Assembly: GCF_000143415.4 (NCBI RefSeq)
Contig: NW_003314362.1
Location: 62,001 to 126,000, forward strand
Direction: 5' to 3'
Origin: Selaginella moellendorffii
Lineage: Eukaryota > Plantae > Lycopodiophyta
Length of the DNA stretch: 64,000 nt
How positions within the stretch are numbered: the stretch's first letter is position 1; every line of letters starts with the position of its first letter. A program made the position numbers and the translations under genes. This document shows positions 24,321 through 36,608 of this stretch, in pieces. The notes beneath the pieces were generated by a model. It was not told the DNA's origin. It did no database searches and saw nothing but the letters and a program-made list of their open reading frames with translations.

Positions 24321-25236
24321 TGTCACGAATGTGACTTCAGGTATTGAAAGATACTTGTCGACCAGTCCTTATGGGCACTCTTTCCTTACTACCATGACGG
24401 CAGGAGGTTGGTACTACTGGTTCCCTTCAATAGCCCCTCTTGTCCAAGTGTTAGTTTACTGGGCTTAGCATCTGTACTTAGCCAGATGGACATAAGGTAG
24501 GAACTCCTATGTGTTTTTAGCTGAGCATTCTCGGCCTGGCTCTTAGTTCTCTTTTGCTCTGTCTTGCACTGGCTTGGCAAGACCCCTCGCATATTGAGAC
24601 TAGTCCCTCAATATCATTGGATGATAGCTTACCGTGTTTGCCAAACACCCTCGCTATCACGCCTTTTGTGTTGGTCTCATTTCGGTCCCAAATGCTATTT
24701 ATGGAAAGTGTCTAGATTAGCTCATTTGACATATCTACGAAATGTAGAGATCGGCCTAAACACAATGGTGTTTGTCCCGTGTTCAAATTCACAATCTAAG
24801 GACATTCCATATTTAGTAAATTTTAAGTTTGTCCCAGAGACTAACTCCTGGTACTAAGGGAGGCTTGGGGTGAAAGCCCAAAGTGTGTGTTCCTCAAAGG
24901 GGGGGGGTTATGGGGGGTTCCAAATGTATAGTAGGGATAGTGGTTGGAATGCATGTTTGACCACCTAAGACATTAGTTTGGCTCCCACTGGGTTGTGTCG
25001 CTCCTTGTTCTGTGTCCGGCTTGGGTCTAAGCCCAAGCTCCACGCTGCTCTAGTCAGTAGAGTACCCTCCTCCTCGCGTTAGGCCACCGGTATGCCAAAA
25101 TTGTGCCAGACTCCGTCTGACACCATTTTGCGTGCAGGTGCTGGATACGGGGAGCTGGTGCTCGTGGGATTGTACCGGACCCTCGTTTCGTAGCGCAACG
25201 GGCTTGGAGTTCGGCTCCAAATTCATGTGTGCTACA
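24321..25236 (+). repeat. 3' LTR of gypsy element
   Basis: 916-bp direct repeat of the 5' LTR, preceded by the PPT and followed by the TSD. Confidence 0.95.
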
Positions 25237-25339
25237 CACAAACCCAAATGAACATCTCTCAAATGTCCACAACACACAAAAGGCTAGATTGTTGTGGTTC
25301 AAGGCCAAATCAGCAACCACTATTATTGACGAGTATTTG

Positions 25340-28300
25340 CTAGCAAATGTTTGGTGGTTTATAAAGAGGTTTAATATAAACCTCTTTATAGACAGTGTTG
25401 ATTGTAAAAACAAAAGGATCTTGAGGAAGGAGGTGGCCCTGGTGTGTGGTGTTTTGAACTTTAATTCCAAGTCCATGTGGTGATGTGTATCTTGATAAAG
25501 CCACATAAAGTTGCCCATGAGTGAAAATTAGGTGGGGCAAGTAAACTCCAACTCTGTCAAATGTCTATCCTTGGCATTTGGAGATTGTTAAGTAATAACC
25601 CAAATGAATTGGAAATTGTTGTCTAGCATTTTGAACGGAATTTCTGTATTTGATGGTATTAGTGTGATATGTGGGATAAAAACTCTAGTCCCTTTAAATT
25701 GCCCCATCACAATTTCACAATCTAAAACATTTAGTAGTGCATTTTTTAGGATGAGACGTGTGTTATTACATAGTCCTACTAATAGAGATATATTTCTTAT
25801 AAGAATAAGAACAACACCTTATTTGAGAAAGAGTTTATATGGTGGGAGACCAAAAGGTGTGATAGAATTTAGGAATTCTGTTGGAAAATTTTCAGGATGT
25901 TCAGTATCAACAAAATCAGTGCTTTTGTAGATATATGTATCACCTTGTAATCTAGAGATAATAGTGTTGTTGATTGCAAATGTATCATTGTTAAGTGGGG
26001 TAAGTATGACTCGATTGGCTGCAATATAAGGGTTTGAAATATCAAGTACTAAAGGGTAAACAAAATCAATAATAAATGAATAAATTAGTTGTGTATGAGG
26101 TAATAAAATGGAGTTAAAAGATAAAGATGGTAAATTTTGAAAATTTTCACCATTTCTGACTTTGAGAAGCCATTCAGCCCATGATTTATTACTTTCAGCA
26201 AGTTGCATATTTGTTTTCAAAGATAACTTTCTAAATAATCTTCATAATTTATTCATTCTTATAGAACTTGTAACAATTTATGCCCTATGTCCATGTGGAA
26301 TGATTGGAAGTGTCTATCTAAAGTCCCTGCTAGTGACAACAATTATGCTACCAAAAGGTAATAATGTATTTTTTAGGTCTTGCAACACTTAATTAACAGC
26401 AATGAATGCATGAGTGTGAACCATATTTATTTCATCCCATAACAATACGTTAGTAGTTTTGATTCTTAAACCTACTTCACTATTAGTAGTTATAGTAGAA
26501 GTTGATGTTTCATTTATTGGAGCAAGAAGTTTAAAAGTAGTATGTGAAGTTTGGCCATAATAGAGTAAAGTACTTGCAATTCCTATTCAAGTTATGCTAA
26601 CAATATTTTTTTTTTCAGTTGTAAAATATTTATAAGATTGTTAAGAAGAAATATTTTACCAATACCACCAAGGCTATTAATGAAAATGTATCGATTATGC
26701 TCAGTTGGGTGATCAATAACATTAAGAATATCATTAAAAATATTTATCTGTTCTTGATTAAATTGAGGAATATTTTGTTCAACATTTTGATATATATGTG
26801 TTGAGTTGACAATAATTTCATCATCAAAGTTTTCAGACGGCAAAGGTAGATGGTAGTTTTGATTAGTTTTGCCATGCATTTTCATTTTAATATTTATATC
26901 ATGTAAAGCATGTTCATAATGAAAAATTAGATTTTTTTACACGAAATTCTCAGAGAGAAAGTCTTTAAATTTATCCCATAAGAAGCAAGGATCTTTTGGA
27001 GTGCAAAAAAGACAAAGTAATACAAATAATTGTTTTAATTATGATGGCATTCTAAAAAAGCAAACATCTTCTAAACATTTTTCCTATTTGGTATCATCAG
27101 CTATAAGCCTTATTGCATCTGCAAATTGTTGAAATGTGTCATAATAAATATTGTTAACTGTCTTGAGATTTTTGAAAGACTTAGCACCTTTTTTATGGAG
27201 TAAAATAAGACGTAAATGATATAATTCAACATTAGATGGTGACACAAAATACATTCGGGGAATGACATATCTTGTATGTCAAATTTGCCAATTATGAGTA
27301 TGAGGGTTAAATGTATAATATAAAGGGATTTCAGGATATATATATTGTCTAGCATTTGGATCATTTATATTTAATTCAAACCATTTTGTCAACATCATAC
27401 CATTTTGAGTAGCTATTTGAAGTGCTATTTGTTCAGAACCTTCTATAAAATAGACGTTTTGAAAATTTAGAAGATGGATAGGAAGAAAAATTATAGGGGT
27501 TGAATGACCATGCATTTTAAATTTAAAAAGTCTCTATATTTCCTTTGGAGCAGATACATAATGTGTATTTAAAAAAGTTGAGATTTCATCCCAATTTAAA
27601 ATATTATCAGATTGTTGGGTTGCTGAATGGATTTCAATTGTAGCATAATCATAACCTTTATAGATGTATTGAAATAAATACTTAATACTTTTTATAGTAG
27701 CATAAATTTCAATATTAATATGAGCATTATATTTTTTACAAAGGTATTTATTATAAGGCACTACCCAATGATTATCAATATAACACCCATTTTTTAGAAA
27801 TGTACGGTCATTATCAGGTCTATAATAATCTAGATATTCATCAACACTAAAAGTAGTTTTATAATTAAATTTTTTTGGATAACCTTTTGAGCAAGTGCCA
27901 TTTTCCATGCAAAGATTATTAGGGTAAAGAGGCTCACATGGACCATGTATCATATGAGATGTAATTATTTTAGAAATTTCAAGTTCATCTTGAGGATCAA
28001 GCAATTGTGCCATTATGTATTGGTCAATAACATCATGGTCTTTAATCTTGTTTTCATGAGATAAATCCCTAAAAAGTGACAATGTGGAAGGCCTCTCTTT
28101 TAAAATTCAATTACATATATAAAAGCAATACAATTTCCAAAAATATATCTTTTAGTCATATCATTCAAAAATTCTTTAAGTTTGATATGAAATACTCTAG
28201 AAACTAAGTCTGGACAATCCTTAGGGCCTTCATTTGGATGTAAGTTTTTAGAATTTTCTAGCCATTTGCAATTGCATGTAAAAGTAATGAAAAGATCTGG

Positions 28301-29750
28301 CTTTGAAAAATGAGTAACTATAACCATTGCATTTTGATAATTTTGTTGCATTGCTCTAGGGCCACCCCCAAAACTTGAATGTAAAATAACAATCTTGCCT
28401 AGATTTATATTTTCATTAGTAGCACATTTTGCATTATAATCCATAAGACCAATATACATTTCAACTCGCAGTTTTTTCTGATGAGTGCAATAGTAATTTA
28501 AATTATTGCTTTCAACTTTTACATAAGCATCGACTATATATTGTGGTATGAGTTTTCCTGCATGTAAAATTTGATCAAAACCAAAGTGTATTATCTCTTA
28601 TAGATAAACAGTATGCATAATATTGGAGTAATGTAATTCGACGTCCGGAATTAAAAATATTTTGGTGCCAGCCTTTGTCACCAAAAGGAAATATTAATGG
28701 GTAAACCATTGGATCACAATTATAATCAATTGTTGAGATACATTTAGAATTGCTTACAGTTGGATATATACAAATTTCACAACTATGTGGTAGTTCTCTA
28801 TCATCACTAGCAAACACAACAGCAACATCATTTGTCCATGGATCATTATAGCATCGTGGATCAGTTCCTTCAATTTTTAATAACATGTAAACACTACATA
28901 AAGGATAACCTAAAAGAGTAGCAGAATGAATTTCTTCTTGTTCCATTTCATACATCATTTTGAAAGCTTGAGCATATGGGTTAACATGACAAAGGAGAGC
29001 ATCAAGATGTTTAAGTAAGTTTGTCTCATAGCTTGAAATAAAAGGGTTTTGCTTTCTTATATCTATAGCTTCTAGAGTATCAAGCATATAAAGTATCCAT
29101 AAGTTCGATATTGACCTTCAAAAGGGTGTGCTAATACAATATTATGATATATTTGATCATGGATTTTAAAGCAATAAGGACCATGACCTTTTACAATATC
29201 AATATTAGAAGACATAGATGCAAAAGCAAGAGCACTATTGAAGTGTCTAATATTGGTTTTAAAATTAGAGTTCTTATTTTGCTTGTAAAGTGAAAGTAAA
29301 TCAAATGGTAAAGGTGAAATTGGAGGTAATATAACTTGGTTATTCTGGCAACACATTGAAGAGTTTTCATCTTTAAAATGCAATGCATTACAAAAAGTAT
29401 AAACAAATGATAAACTACCAATATTAAAATTTATTATGTTAAAGTCATTATAAATACTATGGCTTGCTAGTGTGGTAGTCATGGGTGGGAGTGGTGGATT
29501 TAGTATTGCTTGATATATGTAATCATTATAATGACATGCATGTAAGGTTCCAGATGCTTCTGACTGTCCAATTGATTGGTGTATATAGTCATTATCATGA
29601 TTAATATTTTGGTATATAGAATCATTATCATGATTATTTTGAACAGTTATAGTATGTGTATCATGGTCAATCATAGTTTCAGAGGCATCTAAATCTCCAT
29701 TAGATTGTTTACTATGTCATATGGTTCTCAAAAGATGGCGGAGGCAAGGC
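25340..29750 (-). pseudogene. Helitron RepHel, disrupted
   Basis: FCNALHFKDE..CCQN; SALAFASM..GPYCFKIHDQIYH; SFGGGPRAMQQNYQNAM..PDLFITFTCN; YVIEF; MIHGPC; DNHWVVPYN..YNAHINIE..KYLFQYIYKG; GLPPYKLFLK; IFTHGQLYVALSR. Confidence 0.92.
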
Positions 29751-31098
29751 ATTTTCAGTCAGTTTGATTATAGGTTTGATTATATATATTTTTTAATTGA
29801 GTTTGTATAGAAGTTTATGCACAATAGAAATGCAGACTATAGTATTTCACAACTATGTAATGATCTGAAAGGAAAATATTAGACTTTTGCGAAGCACACT
29901 CAAGAACAACAAAATAACTCTAATGTTGTGTTTACCAATCTCTACCTCATAATCCACAACTTTGCAATTTTGAGCTACAGCCCCAAGTGCTGCTCCTATG
30001 CCAGCATCAGGTTACCTGGCACAGCATCCCAGACACCTGAGAAAGCCCATAAGCATGCATCGTTGAAACTGGCCCTCAAAATCTCAGAAACTGGAACTAA
30101 ATTTTACATTCGACAAAAGCAGTATCGAACGGAAAAAAAATCCCTCACCATGTGCTGAAACAACAATCCCTCACCAGGCCCAGCAGCAAGTCCTTGAGAG
30201 AATCCGGGGATGAAGAGGGAGTGTCCTTGATAATTGCTTTCCTGTAGGCCAAAGAGCTTGTGAGGTAGTGGCGAACAGGGATCAAAGCTTTGCTGAGTTG
30301 GAGATGAGCCAATTTGCCTCTCACAGTCCTGAGTTGATCCCAAGAGGAGCCTAGATTGTGTGCCTAACTACCATTTTGCTTGCCCCTGTTACTTACCACT
30401 CACAGGCTCTCACAGGAATTCCCACACAACTGTGTATGAGTAGAGCAGCCATGGAGCCCTAGGAGTGCATGGCATAACACTTGTCACCACGCCCTTTTCC
30501 CTTCCCGGCCATGCGTGCATCCCATCCATTGGCCGCCACAACATTGAGTTGATATTCCCACTAACCATGGCCACCGGCCCTGGCCCGAGCCTAGGCTGGC
30601 CTCCCCTTCCCGAGAACCATGGCTTCCGAGGCTGCCCTAGGCCCGGGATTGGATGGCTGCGGGGGTCTGGGATCTTTGTTCTTATTATTATAGATTGTGT
30701 GGCCAGCTCATCAAGACACCTCTCCTAGCGGTCCAACTACTAACACCTACAACTAACACAAAGTTTCTTCTTCTTGATTGTCATGCTGAAACTGCAAGAA
30801 AAAAGGAAACTTGTGCTCAATATCAATGGATGACTTACTTTCTTAGTCTCAATCCTGGGAGTTCTAAAGTAATTCTAGCACTGGTCAATTCTAGAGGTAG
30901 AAGCATCAGGCTGTGATGCAGCAACCATAGAAGTGTTGATTCCAAATGATTGTGGGCAAGCCTAAACTTTGTGTGGTGTGAGCCCAGTGCCAATTCTCGG
31001 CACAATCATCACTCAATAATGCTAAGATGGATGGCCTGGGTCTGGGATCCAATGGTTGGCAGGCCTCCCCACTATCACTTTATATATATATATATAAA

Positions 31099-31166
31099 AG
31101 TCATATTCTTGTCTCAAAGATTAAGCCATGCATGTGTAAGTATAAATTGTTTTGTACTATGAAACT
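31099..31166 (+). rRNA. Short degenerate 18S rRNA 5'-end fragment (non-functional)
   Basis: AGTCATATTCTTGTCTCAAAGATTAAGCCATGCATGTGTAAGTATAA...ACTATGAAACT matches the conserved start of eukaryotic 18S rRNA (AGTCATATGCTTGTCTCAAAGATTAAGCCATGCATGTGTAAGTAT). About 70 bp only. Confidence 0.85.
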
Positions 31167-31189
31167 AGAAATATACTAAAATATATTCT

Positions 31190-32552
31190 TTTATATATAT
31201 ATATATAAAAAAATGAAGGGCATAGCCATCCAATCCCAAGCCCGGGGCAGCCTCAGAAGCCATGGTTCTTAGGAAGGGGAGGCCATCCCAGGCCCGGGAT
31301 AGGACCAGTAACTATGGTTTGTGGGAATATCAACTCAATGTTGTGGTGGCCAATGGGTAGCATGCACATATGGCCAGGAAGGGAAGAGGGCATGGTCACA
31401 GCTGTTACACCATGCACTCCTAGGGTTCCATGGCTGCTCTGCTCATGGCTGCATAAGCAGCACCACATGCTTTTGTGGCTTGGGCCCTCTCTGAATTGCA
31501 GTTCAATTGCACATGTCAGCACTGATGGATTCAGCTAGGCAAATGAATCAATTCCTAGTGTAAGATTTCCCTATTTTTGATGCGGTGGTGAAAGAGTTGG
31601 CGCAGATTTGCAGATTTGCTGTCTACAAGGTGGTGGAGAGAAGCTATGGAGATTCTGATTTCTTAGTCTTCCTTGTGTCCCAGTCATAGTCACTAGGGAA
31701 CTCACTTGTGTCTGCTTGGAGATGAGGGCGAGTTACTTTCCTTCAGGTGGAGAAGCTATGCTTAAGGAATTAACCTGCTCACAGATGCCTGGTAAGAAAT
31801 TCTTTCTGTTTAAATTATTTTGAAGGCCTAATGGCATGTGTGCTAGCAAAATGGTATGCGAAATTTGATCTCGCTAGACCTACTCCATCCAATCTAAGCT
31901 AAGTCGTCCCTCGCAGAAAGCGCTGTCCTCACACTTTAATCTGGCACTGTAATTAACAAAATGTTCAGCAAATTTGCAAAAGAAAAGTCTAATTCCTTCA
32001 ATTCATTTGCTCCTGACCCTGAACTGTGCTATGCACACACCTTGATGTGATAAAATTTAGCTAGAGAGCTAGCATGGATTCACAAACTTGCTCATCCATC
32101 TTGGTGGGCAGAGAGAAGCTACAGGGTGAAAATGTTTCACCATAAATGTGCATGCATAGCAACTTTACTTCTGTAACTATCCACCTTTGCAACGTGGCTA
32201 GAAGTGAGTGATCCCTTTCTTTCTCAACAATTCCTTTCCTAGACTAACTTGATTTCTATTACTGCCACATCAATTGAAACTTTGCACTTGCATATTCAAA
32301 TGTATAGAATCAAGAGGCTTTAATCAGATTACATGGAATTACCCTTTTACCGTGGCTCCTCCTTTGCCTTTGCAGCCATGATTACTGAATCAATTACTAT
32401 TGATGATAGGTTACTTTAGCTTCAAGACTTTTTTTTTACGAAGATTTCAAAAGCTTACTTTAGCAGTGTAAGAGTTGATCAGGGAGCAAATATAGCTAAA
32501 ATCAGCAAATCTCTTAAAATGGTATGAAATTGCAAACCACCCAAATTACTAG
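31190..32552 (+). mobile_element. Non-autonomous Helitron, plus strand
   Basis: The 5' part (31220-31447) is an inverted copy of the H3 5'-subterminal region 30440-30660. The 3' end AATGGTATGAAATTGCAAACCACCCAAATTA-CTAG|T is the reverse complement of the termini at 9410 and 17293. Confidence 0.75.
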
Positions 32553-32774
32553 TATATATATGGCATGGCTATTTGAATTACACTTTGCTTTGCTTACTGC
32601 TAAGCACACTTTAAAATTTATCTAGGAATGAGTTTATTCCGTCTTGCTAGAAAGCCCTAAAGAACACGTGGCAGGCTCGAGCGGAAGTGTGTTGGAGAAG
32701 GAGCCCAGCTCGTTCAAGAAGCGCGAAAAAGAGGAGAAAGAAAAACCTAGGGTTTGGGCGATCGATCGGCGGCG

Positions 32775-35332
32775 ATGTTTTACTCGCAGTACATTTTGGC
32801 AAAGAAAGGGCCGCTGGGGACGATCTGGATCGCAGCGCACCTCGAGAAGAAGCTCCGCAAGAACCAGGTGAACGACACCAACATCTCCACCTCTGTAGGT
32901 ATGTTGTCCGCGCAATCTTGTTCTTGTTCCTGTCCCTTTTCCCTTAATCTCTCCTTTGTGTGTGTGTGTCTCTAGATTCTATTCTCTTTCCCGAGGTTCC
33001 CATCGCGCTGCGCTTGTCGGGTCACTTGCTGCTAGGCGTTGTGAGGATTTACTCCCGCAAAGTAAACTATCTCTTCCACGATTGCAACGACGCGCTTGTC
33101 AAGCTCAAGAATGCCTTCTCCTCCGCGACTTCGGCGTCCGTGGATCTTCCGGCCGACGCCGCCAGTGCTCCCTTTCACTCCATCACTCTACCGGAAACGT
33201 TTGAGTTCGACGACATAGATGTGTTGTACATTCCTGATGGGTACGTGCTTCTTTTCTTTGGTGTTTTGTTTCTCTTTTCCCACCAAGAGCCACCGCTTGC
33301 AGAGTCGATCACCATGTTACAACTCGAGACCAAATTACTCTGGAAGAAAATGTCGTGGACGATACGTATCCGGGTTCTCAGTTCGAGCAGGACGGTATGT
33401 ATGTAGCTCCCAGGCTAACACTCGCTCACGGTTTGTTCATCTTGCAGAAAGGTTTATGGAAACTCCTCACGCTATGGACATTGGTAACGAGGTCTGCTTT
33501 GTGACTTATTCCTTTTCTCGTCAGCTTCTTTGCTAAGACGTGATCTTCAGAAATTTCCGTTGAACGAGGCTGAAACACCCGAGCTCCAAGAAGAGTGAGT
33601 TTCATCCTTCTTTCTTTTCCTTGATTTTTTTATGCTGACTGATCTTTAACTTGCTATAACAGTGTGCTTCCTCCAATGGATATGGATGTTGGACCTTCTT
33701 CGCCGCTGGATGCAGACACTGTCCCTGACATTGAGAAGCTTCGATCCGCTTCGCTGGCTGGGGAAGAAAACTTTCATGCTTTTGAGAAGCAAAGTGTCGA
33801 GCCAGTGGCAGCCGAACCACGAGAGGACGCCGTTGTCGAAGAAGCACGGCTGGTTGAAGACGAGCAGCCTTTACCGAGCACACCCGTTTCAAGGTCAGAC
33901 GCGAACTCTCCTGGTGCTCAGCGGTTTCCAGGTAATGCTTAGCATGAGATTATTGTTGTCCGAAATGCTGACGAATGCGTGCAATCACTCTAGATGGCGA
34001 CGAAACTCCTGCTTTCGGAGTTGTGGAGACCCCTGTTCCATCTCGCAAGAATAACACTCCTAGAAAGAGAAAGCAAGCATATGATATGCAGGTAACACTC
34101 TCGGAAAGGTAATGTGTTTGTTTCAATGATGTCGGATCTTCACCTTTTCTTTTTAAACTCGGCACGTTGCAGTTACATGAAAGATATGCTCAACGATTCG
34201 TCTGACCTGCGCCGGGTCCGGAGAAAGGTTTCTCCCAAGGAGATTTGGATTTTTCAAAAAGAACGTCTAGGCAAGCGTACGCTGAGCACACCTTCTGTGG
34301 ATGGTAATCTTGTCCCTGGATGCTTGTAGTCCTTAACGACCATTTTCTTCCGCAGGCCTATGCTCTCGGCTGGAACAACTTTATGACCGAGTTTTCAATC
34401 CAAAGCGATTGAAAGCCTCCGCTCCCAACGTGACCTTCGCTGCAGATGGCGCAGATGTCGAAACTACTCCCGTTCAGGATCGTACCAAAGTGCAGTCACC
34501 TCCAAAGTCACCCCTCGCCACGCCACAATCACCAGGCGGGGTTTCTCCTGCACCAGTCAGATCACCAGAGCAATCTCCTCTTGAAGTACGGAACCCATCA
34601 CCCCAGCAACTATATGCAATACCTGAAATGCCGGAAGTAGAAGCTCCCACTCCTATAATTCCAGACAGTGGCGGTAAGTTTATCGAATTATTACGATTTT
34701 GGTAACGAAAAACATTTCCTGACAGGTGGTGAAACAGGTGCATTTGAAGATAGAGTAAGCGAGCAAATTCAAAAACATCACGAGGATAATAGCAAACAAG
34801 CGGAAGAATACCACGACACTGTGCAGACCGATCATGACAAGAACACTGTGCCTCGGGAGTTTCCACCACCAATCGACTCTTGTGAGTGACTCTCTCTTAT
34901 GTTTGTGTGTGTTTTTCCCTGATTTGCTCTTTTACAGCTTATTTATTGGCTAGCAATGGCACTGACCTGGTAGGCTCACAATCTGAAGGATGGTCCGAAC
35001 GAACAAGGTACACTCTGAAAGTGAAAAACTGGAGTGAGTGAAAAACAAATCATCCATTGCAGGGCGATTGCGCAGTTTCTTCGAGCTACATTTGATACGG
35101 CTGTAAAGAGGCCTGTGACTCTGAACAAGCTCTTAACTGGCAAAACTAGGAAGGAAGCAGCTCGGATGTTTTTCGAGACTTTGGTATGGTGGATTTTTGG
35201 TTTTCAACTAGAAGCTCATGTTGCGATTGACAGGTTCTTCGAACAAATGATTACATCACAGTGGAACAAAAGAGCGCATACGAGGACATAAGTATCCATT
35301 ATCGTCCCAAGCTGATGAAGGCCGTGTTTTGA
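32775..35332 (+). CDS. RAD21: Kleisin cohesin subunit RAD21/SCC1 (SYN family), multi-exon
   Basis: N-terminus MFYSQYILAKKGPLGTIWIAAH..IALRLSGHLLLGVVRIYSRKV. C-terminus WSERTR..LLTGKTRKEAARMFFETLVL..YITVEQ..YEDI. Confidence 0.93.
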
Positions 35333-35400
35333 CGAGAGGATGGTCCGTGTAAATAGGTTATCTACAGGTTTTTCCTCTGTCACAGATGTAAGTTACTTCG

Positions 35401-36545
35401 ATGGCTTCAATCGCAAATCCGGGAGTGTTCTTCCCTGTCAACAAGCAACCATATCGCATCGCAAAGTTCTCCTTTTCATCTTGTTTTGCAGCTAGTACCA
35501 GAGCAAGAGCTTCCAGAATGACGAAAGAAGAGTTCCTGGCAAGACCCATCGATGAGGTAAGCACTCTCGCTTTACTTCGTGAGAGATGGATGGAACGCTC
35601 CTTCTTTGTTGTCTGTGCAGGAATGGGAGAAAGCCAGGCGGCAGGAGACGGCGGACTTGGAGAGAAGGCGGCGCGAGGAAGACGAAGAAGAAGTGAGGCT
35701 AGCGCTCGAGTACCGAAGGATTGGGTCGAGCCTTAAGAACTATCCGCAAGAGGAGGTGAATAAGGCAAGACGGCTCGTAGCCAACTTGATCAAGTCGGGC
35801 GAGGAGATCGAAGAGGTGAGTTCCTCCTTTTTTAGCATTTGGGTGATCGCTTCAAAGTGTAGGCTCTCTGGTGTAGATGATTGTCGAGGCTGGCGATAAT
35901 GAAGAACTCACTCCACTGTTGCTTCTGGTGATCAAGAGTCGGCTGGAGCTGGCACGGCAAGACGACGAGAGAGAGGCTGTGGAAGCTCTGGATCTACTGC
36001 ACAGACGAGTTGAGGTGAAGCGCTGTTGATGATACTCTTCACGTTGAAAGAGCTATTGTTGCTTTTGGCAGTACGAAATCATGAAGAGGCAGGCGAGCCC
36101 CTCAATGCGTTTGCTCAATGAGTTGCTAAACTTGCACGATGGAACCGATGACACCGAGTGGCTGCGAAAGGCCCGGCACCGGATGCTGAAAGCTTTTCCC
36201 CCGGAGCATGCCTTCACCATCCTTGCACCTCGGGGCTTTGATCTCTCCTCGGTAGGCTCCAGTAATTGTTGCTCGTGAGGAAACTTACAACTCGTTTCTC
36301 TCGCTCAGCACCATGGTCCAATCGACGCACCAGTAGAGGGCGACGACGACGACGTTCTCCTCCGCATCGACTTCATAAGAGAAGTGAACCAGCTCGTCAA
36401 GGAAGTGGAAGCTCAAATCCATTCCCATGAAGTGGAAGACCTGGACACTGATGCTGTGGCGCTGCGGCTCAGGCTGGAAGACAAGAAGCGAAACTTGCAA
36501 TACGTGAAAGATCTGCTTGAGGTAGCTATAGCGCTGAAATGGTAA
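35401..36545 (+). CDS. PAC: PALE CRESS chloroplast protein, multi-exon
   Basis: EYRRIGSSLKNYPQEEVNKARRLV..RLELARQDDEREAVEALDLLHRRVE..KRQASPSMRLLNELLNLHDG..LLRIDFIREV..ALKW*. Transit-peptide-like N-terminus. Confidence 0.9.
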
Positions 36546-36608
36546 CTTAGTAAAGTGGTATACATTTAACTGAGCATGTTTTACATAGCTTACTTTAGCC
36601 TGAGTGGC

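Larger units (their letters stand above)
17892..25236 (+). mobile_element. Full-length Ty3/gypsy chromovirus LTR retrotransposon (decayed)
   Basis: LTRs 17892-18810 and 24321-25236 (TG...CA). TSD CACAA at 17887-17891 and 25237-25241. PBS TGGTATTAGAGG at ~18813. PPT AAGGGGGGGAGA at ~24308-24319. Confidence 0.97.
17293..30694 (-). mobile_element. Composite Helitron H3 (contains the gypsy insertion)
   Basis: 3' CTAG at 17293-17296 and a second 3'-type CTAG at 25340-25343, directly after the helicase. The 5' end A|TCTATAATAATAAG at 30694 matches an A/TC Helitron junction. Confidence 0.75.

Noticed and set aside
17892-25236. Hammerhead-ribozyme (retrozyme) LTRs
   Set aside because: No CUGANGA...GAAA core with flanking stems seen in this element or in the TRIM LTRs.
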